This document shows, piece after piece, positions 38,782-50,441 of a stretch of DNA of 64,000 bases (its first letter is position 1; each line of letters starts with the position of its first letter). The stretch spans positions 77,166,127-77,230,126 of the forward strand of contig NC_081365.1 of NCBI RefSeq assembly GCF_030684315.1, written 5' to 3'. This DNA comes from Stegostoma tigrinum. Lineage: Eukaryota. The translations under genes and the position numbers were made by a program. The notes beneath the pieces are model-generated. The model did no database searches, was not told the origin of the DNA, and saw only the letters and a list, made by a program, of their open reading frames with translations.

Positions 38782-38893
38782 CCCACTTTCCGGGTGTCCG
38801 TCCCATGAACTCCTTTGTGTCAGGATTCCAGACAAAGCGTTTGAATTCTTCCATGCGTTGATTGCAAGTCTTCTTCTCATTGAAAGTTGCCAT
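38782..38893 (-). CDS. ATP4B: H+/K+-ATPase beta-like, exon 1: MATFNEKKTCNQRMEEFKRFVWNPDTKEFMGRTPGKW
   Basis: ATG at 38893; TGG G|gtagg; 112 nt; EKKTC.QRMEEF...WNPDT...GRT...W closely resembles the ATP4B N-terminus; joined CDS 858 nt = 285 aa. Confidence 0.92.
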
Positions 38894-38993
38894 TGTTCAA
38901 ATCTCTGTGGGTTGACAGTCCAAATGGGGCAAAGTCAAGTTTGTTGCAAAACGAGTGAAATCGTTATGGGGGGGCGGGAGCACCGAGCAATCC

Positions 38994-39183
38994 TCTTATA
39001 GCAATGACGTGGTGCCACCAAACTGTAGCCAGGGACGTAAAGCACAGCTCAGAGCATTCCTAAGATATCAGCACTGTTTAGATTAGTGTAAATGGATCAA
39101 TAGCTATGCTACTATGAAGTGACTTCCTGACTGTGTGCTCAGTTTACAATAATCCTGCAGCACACGAGGTGATAACTTTATCA
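38994..39183 (-). promoter_or_regulatory. Putative promoter of the ATP4B-like gene
   Basis: TATAAGA (minus, 39000-38994), CRE-like TGACGT (39005-39010), inverted GATA pair TGATAActTTATCA (39170-39183). Confidence 0.5.
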
Positions 39184-40261
39184 TGCTTGACTATTCTAAT
39201 GTAAACTAACTTCATCAGCAGGCCTGAAACTCTTGCGATTTTTTTTTCAACAGGCTCACTTACAATCCAAGGACACTGCAGGAACTCAATGGGCTGACAC
39301 TATCCGGTACCAAAAGTGACAATCTAGAGCCACATCACTCCCAGCCTCATAGATCCCACCCTCTCCATCCCAGTCAGATCTCCACCACAAGGCAGCAGCT
39401 ACGTAAAGACTGGCCTCCAGACACAAATCTCTTGTTGCTACCACTCTAGCCAAGAGCAATTATTGTTTTTATTTTTTGCTGGTAACACAATCATTTGCTC
39501 CCCATCCCTAGCTGTCCTTGAACTGAGTGACTTGCTGGGCCATTTCAGAAAGCGTTGAGAAGATTGCTGAGGGTCTGGAGTCACATTTGGACCAGACAGA
39601 ATAAGGACGGTAGATTTCCTTCCCAAAAAGACATTGGTGTACCAGATGGGTTTTTACTTCAATCCAACAGTGACGATTATCTCAGAGAACACAATGTAAT
39701 CTTTATCAGGAGGGTCGAACGGCCGAGTAGTGGCAAATGGAGTTTAACTTAAATAACTGCGAGGTGCTGCATTTGGTAAGACAGATCAGGGCAGGACTTA
39801 TACACTTAGTGGTAGGGTCCTGGGGAGTGTTGCCAAAAAAAGATGTTGGTGGGAAGGTTCACAGTTTCTTGAAAGTGGAGTCGCAGGTAGACAGGATTCT
39901 GAAGGCGGCTTTCGGTACACTTGCTTTTATTGGTCAGTGCTGATATCATTGGAGAGCTCTTAACTCCTGCACTTTATGTCTCTGGCTATAACTTGGTGAC
40001 GTCACATCATTGCTATGAAAGGATTGCTCGATATACACCCCCCCACGCCAACATAACGCTTTTACTGGTTGTCCAACATTGAGTGTCATGTTGTGCGTAT
40101 ATAGGACATTGGGTAGGCCACTTTAGGAATTCTGCTTGCAGTTCTCATCTCCCTGCTATGGGAAAGATGTTGTTAAACTTGAAAGGGTTCAGAAAAGATT
40201 TACAAGGATGTTGCCTGGGTTGGAGGGTTTGAACCACAGCGAGAGGATGAATAGGTTTACA

Positions 40262-40570
40262 GGCACCACGGTGGCTCAGTGGTTAGCCCTGCTGCCTCAT
40301 AGGACTAGGGACCTGGGTTTGATTCCACCCTCAGCTGACTGTCTGTGTGGATTTTGCACATTCTCCCCGTGTCTGCGTGGGTTTCCTCTGGGTGCTTCCC
40401 ACAGGCCAAAGATGTGCAGGCTAGGTGGATTGACCATGCTAAATTGCCTGTAGTGTTCAGGGCTGTGTAGGTTAAGTGGGTTATAGGGCGATGGGTCTGG
40501 GTAGGAAGCTCTGAGGGTTGGTGTAGACTTGTTGGGCTGAAGGGCCTATTTCCACACTGTAGGGATTCTA
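40262..40570 (+). mobile_element. HE1-like V-SINE inserted in a CR1 fragment (~39730-40965)
   Basis: ggcaccacggtggctcagtggttagc head, ctgtagggattcta tail; CR1 peptide on both sides. Confidence 0.8.
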
Positions 40571-41084
40571 TAATGAGGTTGGGACAACTTGCTTTGGAGG
40601 TTGAGAGATGACCTTATAGAAGTTTATAAAATCATGAGGGACATGGATAGGGTGAATAGCCACAGTCTTTTTCCCAGGATAGGGGAGTCCAAAACTAGAG
40701 GGTATAGGTTTAATCTGAAGGGGAAGGATTTAAAAAGGACCATGCAAAAATGGTGCATGTATGGACTGAGCTGCCATGGGGAGTGGTGGAGGCTGGTACA
40801 ATTACAACATTTAAAAGGCGTCTGGATGGGTATATGCATAGGAAGGGTTTAGTGGGATATGGGCCAAGTGCTGACAAATGGGACTAGATTTATTTAGTAT
40901 ATCTGGTCAGCATGGATGAGTTGGACCAAGGAGTCTGTTTCCATGCTGTACAGCTCTATGACTATAACATAGTCTCATGGCCACTGTTACTAAGAATAGC
41001 TTTCAATTCCAGATATATTAATGAATTGAACCTAAATTCCACCAGTTCCTATGGTGGGCTTGAACCCATGTCTCCTGGCATCAA

Positions 41085-42220
41085 CAACTTTGAGGGCCCA
41101 TGGTGTTCGAGGTGAGCCACTGGCTTGGATTGAGGATTGGCCGTCTGACAGAAGGCAGAGAGTTGGGATAAAAGGCTCTTTTTCGGAATGGCAACCGGTG
41201 ATGAGCGGTGTCCCGCAGGGTTCAGTGTTGGGGCCGTAGCTGTTCACCTTATACATTAATGATTTGGATGAAGGGACTGGGGGCATTCTGGCAAGGTTTG
41301 CTGATAATACAAAAATAGGTGGACAGGCAGGTAGTACTGAGGAGGTGGGGAAGCTGCAGAAAGATTTAGACAGTTTAGGAGAGTGGTCCAGGAAATGGCT
41401 GATGAAATTCAATGTGAGTAAATGTGAGGTTTTGCACTTTGGAAAAAAGAATACAGGCATGGACTATTTTCTAAATGGTGAGAAAATTCGCAAAGCAGAA
41501 GTACAAAGGGATCTGGGAGTGTTGGTCCAGGATTCTCTAAAGGTTAACTTGCAGGTAGAGTCCGTAATTAAGAAAGCGATGTAATGTTGTCGTTTATCTC
41601 AAGAGGGTTGGAATATAAAAGCAGCGATGTGCTTCTGAGGCTTTATGAAGCTCTAGTTAGGCCCCATTTAGAATACTGCGTTCAATTTTGGGCCCCACAC
41701 CTCAGGAAGGACATACTAGCCCTGGAGTGTGTCCAGTGAGATTCACACGGATGATCCATGGAATGGTAGGTTTAACGTATGATGAATGGCTAAGGATCCT
41801 GGGATTGTACTCGTTAGAGTTTAGAAGGTTGAAGGGAGATCTAATAGAAACTTACAAGATAATGTATGGTTTAGAAGGGGTGGACGCTAGGAAGTTGTTT
41901 CCGTTAGGTGGGGAGACTAGGACCCGTGGGCACAGCCTTAAAATTAGAGGGGGGTAAATTTAAAACTGAAATGAGACGACATTTCTTCAGCCAGAGAGTG
42001 GTGGGCTTGTGGAATTCATTGCCACAAAGTGCAATGGAGGCCGGGACGTTGGATGCCTTCAAGGCAGAGATCGACAAATTCTTGATCTCAGAAGGAATCA
42101 AGGGCTATGCGGAGAGTGCAGGGAAGTGGACTTGAAATGCCCATCAGCCATGATTTAAATGGCAGAGTGGACTTGATGGGCTGAATGGCCTTACTTCCAC
42201 TCCTATGACTTATGGTCTTA
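41085..42220 (+). mobile_element. Young CR1 subfamily copy, frameshifted (same subfamily as 54325-54950 and 62908-63540)
   Basis: GVPQGSVLGP, RFADNTK motifs; 3' half nearly identical to the GDF-intron copies; cttatggtctta tail. Confidence 0.85.
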
Positions 42221-44180
42221 ACTCTGGTGCAGATATAAGTTCCCAAAAATAACTGGGTGAGAATTATGTACCACTACTGACACAGTGTATGGGTCGATCA
42301 ACAGATTGATAGCTGGCAAGTAACATTCACTCCACACAAATGCCAGCTCGGTCCATACACACCTCCAACAAGAGAGAATTGATCATCCCTCCTTGACATT
42401 CAATGGTGCTGTAATGCCAACTCCCTCTCTGTCAACATCCTTGGGAGTTACTGTGGACCATAAACTGAACTAGACCAGCCATATTGGTCTCCTTATTTAA
42501 GGAAGGATATAAATACATTGCAGGCATTTCAGAGGAGGTTTACCAAGAATGATACCTGGAATGAGTGATTTGTCTTATGAGGAGAGATTGGACAAGCTGG
42601 GCTTGTTTCCAGCAGAGGTTAGAGGAGTGAGGGGTAATTTGCAGGAGGTGCATAAAATCAGTGAATGATCTTGACAAGCCTGACCTGGAAAGGATGTTCC
42701 CTCTTGTGGGTTTGTTTTAAAATTAAGGGTCACCCCTTTAGGACAGAGATGAGAGGAAAGACCGTCTCTCTGAGGGTTGTGTGACCTCAGAACTCTGCTG
42801 CAGAAGTCAATGAAGGTGGAATAATTGGATATTTTAAGGCAGATGTTTGTTAGGCAGGAGAAACAGATGTTACTGGGGGCCAGATGGGAAAGTGAAATTC
42901 AGAACACAAACAGATAAATCATGACCTTATTGAATGGCTGGGCAGACTTGAAGGGCTGATTGATATGTTTCTGTTCCTAATTCATACTTTCATATACAAA
43001 TACTGCGGCTACAGGAGCAGGACACAGGCTAAGAATTCAGCAGAGTGATTCGCCTCTCCAAAGCCTGTCCATCACCTACAAGGCACAAGTTTGGCTTGTA
43101 ATGGAATACTCCTCTTTTGTCTGGATGGGTGCAGCCTCAACAACACTCAAAAAGCCTAACACCATCCAGGACAAAGCTTGATTGGCATCGCATTCACAAA
43201 TGTTCACTTCTTTACTGCCAGTGCAGATCAGCAGCAGTGTGTACTATCTACAAGATGCACTGCAGAAATTCACCCAAGATCCTCAGGCAGCACCTTCCAC
43301 ACCCACGACCCACTTCCATCTCAAAGGACAAGGGCAGCAGATACATGGGAACACCATCACCTGCAAGTTCCCCTCCAAGCCACTCGCCATCGTGACTTGG
43401 AAATACGTCGCCGTTCCTGTCACTGTCGCTGGCCCCAAATGCTGAAATTCCCTCCTTGAGGGCATTATGGGTGCCCATTTACCCCTGGACTCCAGTGAGT
43501 CAAGGAGGGAACTTCCCACCATCTTCAAAAAGCCATGTGTAACAAACGCCTGATTAACCATTCGTGTGGTGAATGTATAAATACAAACCTTTATAAAGAA
43601 AATGTCTGGTAACTCTATCTCGTTCTCGTTTGTGGGATCCTGCTGTGCTCCAAGTAGATATGGTTTCCCTCTACAAGCCGCGAGACGTCTGTAGCTCAGC
43701 GACAACCTACTCTTCAAACCACAGGAAGCTTGCAAAAGGCACGACACACGTGCAGGTGAAAAGGAGTCTAACTGTACAGAGATTTATAGCGATCTTCAGC
43801 CAACTTCTTGGGAAAATATGATTTTAAAGAGGGAAACATGATGAATACTTAATATGGTTACATCTTTTTTCTAGCCAGGAGCTTCCCAGCATCAATATTT
43901 TTAACAGAGCTGTGGGCCACCTCGTACTTTAATAACCATTATCCAACCATTGCAGTGGGCATCACAGAACTGTTTAATTCTGAACATCCTGTGTTTTTGA
44001 GATGAGTTTGCAGTCCTCCCATCACACATTGAAGGAAATCTGGATGAGTTAAACTGAAATTAACTCTGCTCTTAACTGAAATTAACTCTGCTCTTAAGCT
44101 GTCAGTTTCACTGTGAGTTTGAGGATATCTTGGGTTATAAGAGGGTCTAGTTTAGTCTGGGAACATGGTCAGCATGGACT

Positions 44181-44507
44181 AGAATCATAGAATCTGTACA
44201 GCGTGGAAACAGACCCTTTGGCCCAACAAGTCCACACTCACCCTCAGAGCATCCCATCCGGTCCCATTCCCCTCTAACCCACCTAATCTACACATCCCTG
44301 AACACTATGGACGATTTAGCATGGACAATCCACCTAGCATGCACATCTTTGGACTGTGGGAGGAAACCGGAGCACCTGGAGGAAACCTATGCAGGCACAG
44401 AGAGAATGTGCAAACTTCACACAGACAGTCACCCGAGGCTGGAATCGAACCCGGGTCCCTGGCGCTGTGAGGCTGCAGTGCTAACCACTGAGCCACTGTG
44501 CTGCCCC
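44181..44507 (-). mobile_element. HE1-like V-SINE, near full length
   Basis: Minus: ggggcagcacagtggctcagtggttagcactgcagcctcacagcgccagggacccgggttcgattcc ... gattctatgattct tail. Confidence 0.85.
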
Positions 44508-44510
44508 AAA

Positions 44511-44578
44511 CAAGTACTAACCCGGCCTAGTCTGCTTAGCTTCCAAGATCGGACAAGATTGGGCGTTTTCAGACTAGT
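44511..44578 (-). pseudogene. 5S rRNA gene fragment (about nt 13-81), lacking box C and 3' third
   Basis: Minus: actagtctgaaaacgcccaatcttgtccgatcttggaagctaagcagactaggccgggttagtacttg aligns to vertebrate 5S (..CGCCCGATCTCGTCTGATCTCGGAAGCTAAGCAG..GCCTGGTTAGTACTTG). Confidence 0.85.
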
Positions 44579-46232
44579 TTGTTGGATCGAAGGGTCTGTT
44601 TCTATGTTAAGAACATAGAACATAGAACATAGAAAAGTACAGCACAGTACAGGCCCTTCGGCCCACGATGTTGTACCGTGGAATAATCCTAATCCAAAAA
44701 TAAAATAACCTAACCTACATTCCCCTTAACTCACTGCTGTCCATGTGCATGTCCAGCAGTCGCTTAAATGTCACTAATGGCTCTGCTTCCACGACAATCT
44801 CTGGCAAACTATTCCATGCGCTCACAACTCTCTGGGTGTAGACAGATGGAACGCAGGCTACTTCAGGAGAAGGCATTATGGTTGCCACCAGGATAATGGG
44901 CATTCAACTACTCAATGGGTTGTACAAGAACACTAAATTGACAGCTAAATCCACTAAACTCTCTGAATAGATGCACTCATCAAAATACATCCAAAACAAA
45001 CTTGCATTGAACAGCAGAAATAAATCAAAAACATCTCATTTGCAAGTTGAATGTTAATGGGGAAGTCTGTCATGCAGCTGAGTGTTATTAACACTGGATG
45101 TGTCCGTGTTTTGAAAATACACACAATATTAGTTAGAACAAGCATATCAACTAGATCAGAAAAAGCTAGAAGCATGTCTTATGCCATGTTCTTATCTCAG
45201 GCTTCTGTAGTACTGGCATCAACAATGGTCCACCTCTTAGACACCTCTTTCTGGAACAAAGATCCAAAATATTCAGTACTCTTAACATACGTGTGCTTGG
45301 CATTGGAGGCTTACACCTGAAACAGATACTAAGCCCTCCATGTCTGCAGATAAGGAATTTAACTTTCTGTTTAATGACTCTTTTATCACAATGTTTTACT
45401 CAAATTGGGCAAGCTGCAATCAAGAAAACCATATCTTCATGTGGCTTAACTACCAATCATTATAGGAACAACTCCATGCTGGCAGCAGAAAAAAATGTTT
45501 AAAGAAACATTAACCTGACTCTAGAATCTGATAATACAGGTATAATATCAATCACCCTACATTTAAAACACAGTTGCTCAATGCTATTCTCGACCCTCAT
45601 TGCAACTCTTGGTCCATCTCTTCCCTTCTTCTAAATTCAGGCTGAACTACCAGACATGCAGCTGACATAAATTTAAAAGTTTTTCATTGTTTAAGTCCTA
45701 CAAACATCCAGCAGCTGCCCATACGAGCCATACAATGTAAAAGAAGACTGTGAACCAACATTGTGTGGTTCTCATGTCCATCTATTCCAATGAAAATATC
45801 ATTCACTTTTGAGACCGAACTTTAGACAGCTTTTTCTTTGACTTTGACACATCACACCATGTTTCTTCAATGCACTGACTTTGGTTCACGGATGCCTTCT
45901 ATGTTTTTTTGGTGATTCAAACTGAATGCAGTGCTTAACATGTGGTCTGGTTGGTGACACATTGAACATTGAGTCTGTTAGGGCTTCAGACACATTGACT
46001 TCAGGTAAAATATTATTAACTTAGAATATAGATTTTATGAAAGAGCCTAAGCCACAGTTCTTTGAATATTTTTAAGACAGATAAAGATAGATTCTTGATC
46101 AACAAGGAAGTCAAAGGTTTTTGTGGAGGCAGGGATGTAGATTTGAAGCCCCAATTTGATCAGCCATAATCTTATTGAATGGCAGAGAGCATTAGAAAGG
46201 CAAAATAACCCTCTCATGCTCCTAATTCATAT

Positions 46233-46363
46233 CTTATTGCTAACTTTTGCAAATTTCATAATACTGCAATAGACCTAAAACATTGTCTCTTTTTTTTCTT
46301 ATTACTAACTTTTGCAAATTTCATAATACTGCAATAGACCTAAAACATTGTCTCTTTTTTTTC
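46233..46363. repeat. Two-copy tandem duplication (~66 bp) abutting a Penelope terminal-repeat remnant
   Basis: ctaacttttgcaaatttcataatactgcaatagacctaaaacattgtctcttttttt twice, followed by ccacagatgctgcctgacctgctgag. Confidence 0.8.
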
Positions 46364-47842
46364 CTCCACAGATGCTGCCTGACCTGCTGAGTATTTTGAT
46401 TTTAGATTTCCAACATCTGCAATAGTTTGCTTTTTGCATCTAATAAGGAGTATGGTGCCAGATTTTGGTAAAGGCTTTTGAACACTTATAGGCTAATCAC
46501 GCTTATGATATGTCAGGAATTCCAATTCAGAATACAACTCTCAAGGTGATGATTGGAGAGTAGCAGTTTCCACAACCCTGGAAAGATAACAAAATGGAAT
46601 TGGAATGGTATGAGATGGTAGAGGACAAGTGTAAGGTTCCCAACTTGAAAACGATGGGAGGACGAAAACCATTTTCACAAATCAGTAGATAGTGAGCATG
46701 CTTAAACTGACCTCTTTGCCTATTGGGAAGGGTCGAAGTTGTACTATTCTTTCTAAACCTGTGTTCACCAAATTATTTCTGTCGGGGAAGAGGACAAAGG
46801 TTGTATGACTCTATGTCTCTGAAGAACCATCCGATATGATCAAAACTTCACAAAAACAACCCTCTCCTGCTTTTAAAAGAGCAGTCTTTGCCAGTTTGAT
46901 GCCAGCCAACCTTCAGCTTTGATGCTTTGTGAGGGTAGCAGCTGCCACAATGACACGCAGGAAAAAGCAGGGATCATGGTGTGGGATCTTTCCTGTGGGA
47001 CCTTATGAATCCCTGAGCTCTGGGGATCTGAACAGGTATTGCTTGCTGTGTTGGGGAAGTGACAATAATTTGGTAATTATTAGTAGCAAGAATATCTGAA
47101 CTGCAATAAACTAATCAGCTTGGCCCAGCAGCTAATTCGACGATAGCTCTATTGTATTTTTTCCTTTCTCCCTGCTCTCTGATATTCATTTTTAGCCATT
47201 TTTATCTCTCACAGTCACGGAAATTTCAAATGTACAACAGGAGACGTAGCACAGTGTACAGAGGGAAATGGAACAGACCGTATAAAGAGAGAGAGAGAGA
47301 GAGAGAGAATGCATTGTGTCACCTTCCTCTTCTTAAACAATACCTCAACTTCAAAGATAACTTATAAACAGGTAGGCCTCTCGACCTTTTGAGCTTGCGT
47401 CCCATTCGATAAGATCATTGCTCAGCTGTTTTAATCTCATCTCTACATTTCTGCAGACTCCCAATAATCTTTCATCCCTTTGGTATCTATCCACTTCTGC
47501 CTTAAAAATATTTTAAAATTCTGCATCTGTTGCCTTTTGAGGAAAGGAATTCCAATGCTTGGAATTCCAATTCCAATTAGGTGGGTTATAGGCAGATGGG
47601 GCTGGGTGGGATGCTCTGAGGTTTGGTGTAGACTTATTGGGCTGAAGAGCCTGTTTCCACACCGTAGGGATTCTATATCAAAGGGCTAGGGATTCTAATG
47701 CTGTACCTCCAGCTCCACACTGTGTTGCCTTGTTGCAAGAATGATGCCTGGATGTCAGGGGTGAAGTTATGTGGAGAGATTGTACAAATCAGGCCTACCT
47801 TCTCTAGAAGGTTAAGGGTGATATGATCAAAGTCTTCATGAT

Positions 47843-50240
47843 TTTTTTTATTACTCCTGGGGGACATAGGTGTTGCTGGCTGGCCAGCATTTTGAGAACG
47901 TGTCTCAAAGCCTGTCCCTTGAGAAGGTGGTAGTGAGCTGCCTTTTTGAACCATTACAGTCCATCTGCTGCAGTTTGACCCACAATGTCCTTAGGGAGGG
48001 AATTCCAGGATTTTGACCCAGCGACAGTGAAGGAACAACAATATATTTCCAAGTCAGAATGGGGAGGGGCTTGGAGGGGAACTAGCCGGGGGTGGTGTTG
48101 CCATGTATCTGCTGTCCTAGCCCTTATAGATAGAATTGGCCATGGGTTTGGGATTTGCTGCCTAGGGATCTTTAGTGAGTTTCTGCATCTTGTAGATGGT
48201 ACACACTGATGCTACTGAGCGTTGTGGTGGGGGGAGTGAGATGCTTGTGGATGTGGTGCCAATCAAGCGGCTGCTCTGTCCTGGATGGTGTCGAGCTTCT
48301 TGAGTGTTGTTGGGGCTGCACCCGTCCAGGCAAGTGGGGAGTATTCCATCTCACTCCTGACTTGTGCCTTGTAGGTGGTGGACAGGCTTTGGGGTGTCAG
48401 GAGGGGAGTTACTCACCGCAGTATTCCTAGCCTTTGACTTGCTCTTGTAGCCACTGTGTTTCTGTGGAGAGTCTGATTGATTTTCTGGTCAAAGAATGTT
48501 GATTGTGGGGCAATTCAGTGATAGTAATATCATTGAATATCAAGGACCAGTGGTTTGTTTGACTTTCAGATTGTCTTTTAGTGGAAATTGTCATAGCCTG
48601 GCTTTTGCATGGTGTGAATGTTACTTGCGACTTGTCAGCCCGAGCTTGGATGTTATCCAGATCTTGGTGTATTTGAACATGAACTGCTTCAGTATCTGAG
48701 GAGTCACAATGGTGCTGAACATTGTGCAAGCATCGGTGAACATCCCCATTCTGACCTTATGATGGAGGGAAGGTCTTTGAGGAAGCAACTGAACATAGTC
48801 AGGCCTAGGACACTACCCCAAAGAACTCCCGCAGAGATGTCCTGAATTTGTGATGACTGACTTCCAACAACCACAACCATCTTCCTATGTGCCAGGTATG
48901 ACTCTAATCAGCGGAGAATTTTTTTCCCCAGTTCTCATTGATTCCAGCTTTGCTAGGGCTCCTTGATGCCACACTCAGTCAATTGCAGCCATGATATCAG
49001 GCGCTGGACCAGTCACCTCACTCTCTGGAATTCAGCTCTTCTGTCCATGTTTGAACCAAGACTGTAATGAGTTCAGGAGCTGAGTGGCCCTGGCGGAACC
49101 CAAACTGGGCGTCACTGACCAGGTTATTGCTGAGCAGGTGCTGCTTAATAGCGCTGTTACTGACACCTTCCATCACTTTACTGATGATTGAGAGGAGACC
49201 GATGAGGCGGTAATTGGCCGGGTTGGATTTATCCCGCTTCTTATGTACAGGACATACTTGAGCAAGCTTGCACGGTGTCAGGTAAATACCAGTGTTGTAA
49301 CTGTACTGGAACAGCTTGGCTAGGGGAGCAGCAAGTTCTGGAGCACAGGTTTTCAGTACTATTGCTGGGATGTTGTCAGGGCCCATAGCCTTTGCAGTAT
49401 CCATTGTCTCCAACCATTTACTGATATCACGTGGAGTGAATCAAATTGGGTAAAGACTGGTATCTGTAATGCTGGGGATCACTGGAGGAGGCCGAGATGG
49501 ATCTTCCACTAGGCACTTCTGACTAAAGATTGCGGTGAATGCTCCAGCCTTATCTTTTATGCTAATGTATTGGGCTCTTCCATCATTGAGGATGGGAATA
49601 TTTGTGGAGCCTCCTCCTCCAGTGAGTTGTTTAATTGTCCACCACCATTCACTACTGGATGTGGCAGGGCTGCAGAGCTTAGATCTGATCCGTTAGTTGT
49701 GGGATCGCTTAGCTCTGTCTATCACTTGCTGCTTAGACTGTTGGTATTCAAGCAGTCCCGTTTGCTGGCTTCATCAGGATGGCACCTCATCTTTGGGTAT
49801 GCCTGGGACTGTTCCTGGCATACCCCCCTGTACTCTCCATTGAACCAGGATTGATGCCCTGACTTGATGGTAATAGTTTAGTTGGGGATATGCCAAGCCA
49901 TGAGGTTACAGATTGTGCTGGAGTACAATTCTGCTGCTGCTGATGGGCCACAGAGCCTCATGGATGCCCAGTTTTCAGTTGCTAGATCTGTTCTAAGTCT
50001 GTCCCATGCTGGTGATGCCACTCAATATCATGGAGGGTATTCTCAATGTGAAGGTGAGACTTCATCTCCAAAAGGACTGTGCAGTGGTCGCTCTTACTGA
50101 TATTGTCATGGACAGATGCATCTGCAGCTGGTAAGGAGAAGGTTAAGTATGTTTTTCCCTCTTGTTGGTTCCCTCACCACCTGCTGCAGACCCAGCTAGC
50201 AGCTATGTCCTTTAGGACCTGACCAGTTTGATCAGTAGTG
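47843..50240 (-). mobile_element. CR1/L2-group LINE, ~2.4-kb degenerate copy
   Basis: KAMGPDNIPAIVLKTCAPELAAPLAKLFQ..NYRLIGLLSIISKVME..QFGFRQGHS RT region; poly-T end at ~47843. Confidence 0.85.
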
Positions 50241-50287
50241 TTAACAGGAAAAGACAAATTAGATAAACTATTTCCACTAGTTGGGGA

Positions 50288-50441
50288 GAGAGATAACAAA
50301 GTGTGGGGCTGGATGAACACAGCAGGCCATGCAGCATCTTAGGAGCACAAAAGATGACGTTTCAGGCCCAAAACGTCAGCTTTTGTGCTCCTAAGATGCT
50401 GCTTGGCCTGCTGCGTTCATCCAGCTCCACACTTTTATCTC
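50288..50441. mobile_element. Fold-back Penelope mini-element with 15-bp target-site duplication
   Basis: Inverted arms around tttcaggcccaaaa; tccactagttgggga at 50273-50287 and 50440-50454. Confidence 0.8.

Noticed and set aside
44460-44507. tRNA genes at SINE heads (also ~5400, ~15810, ~21270, ~25900, ~40270)
   Set aside because: A/B boxes are present but run into V-SINE body and tail sequence; no complete cloverleaf.
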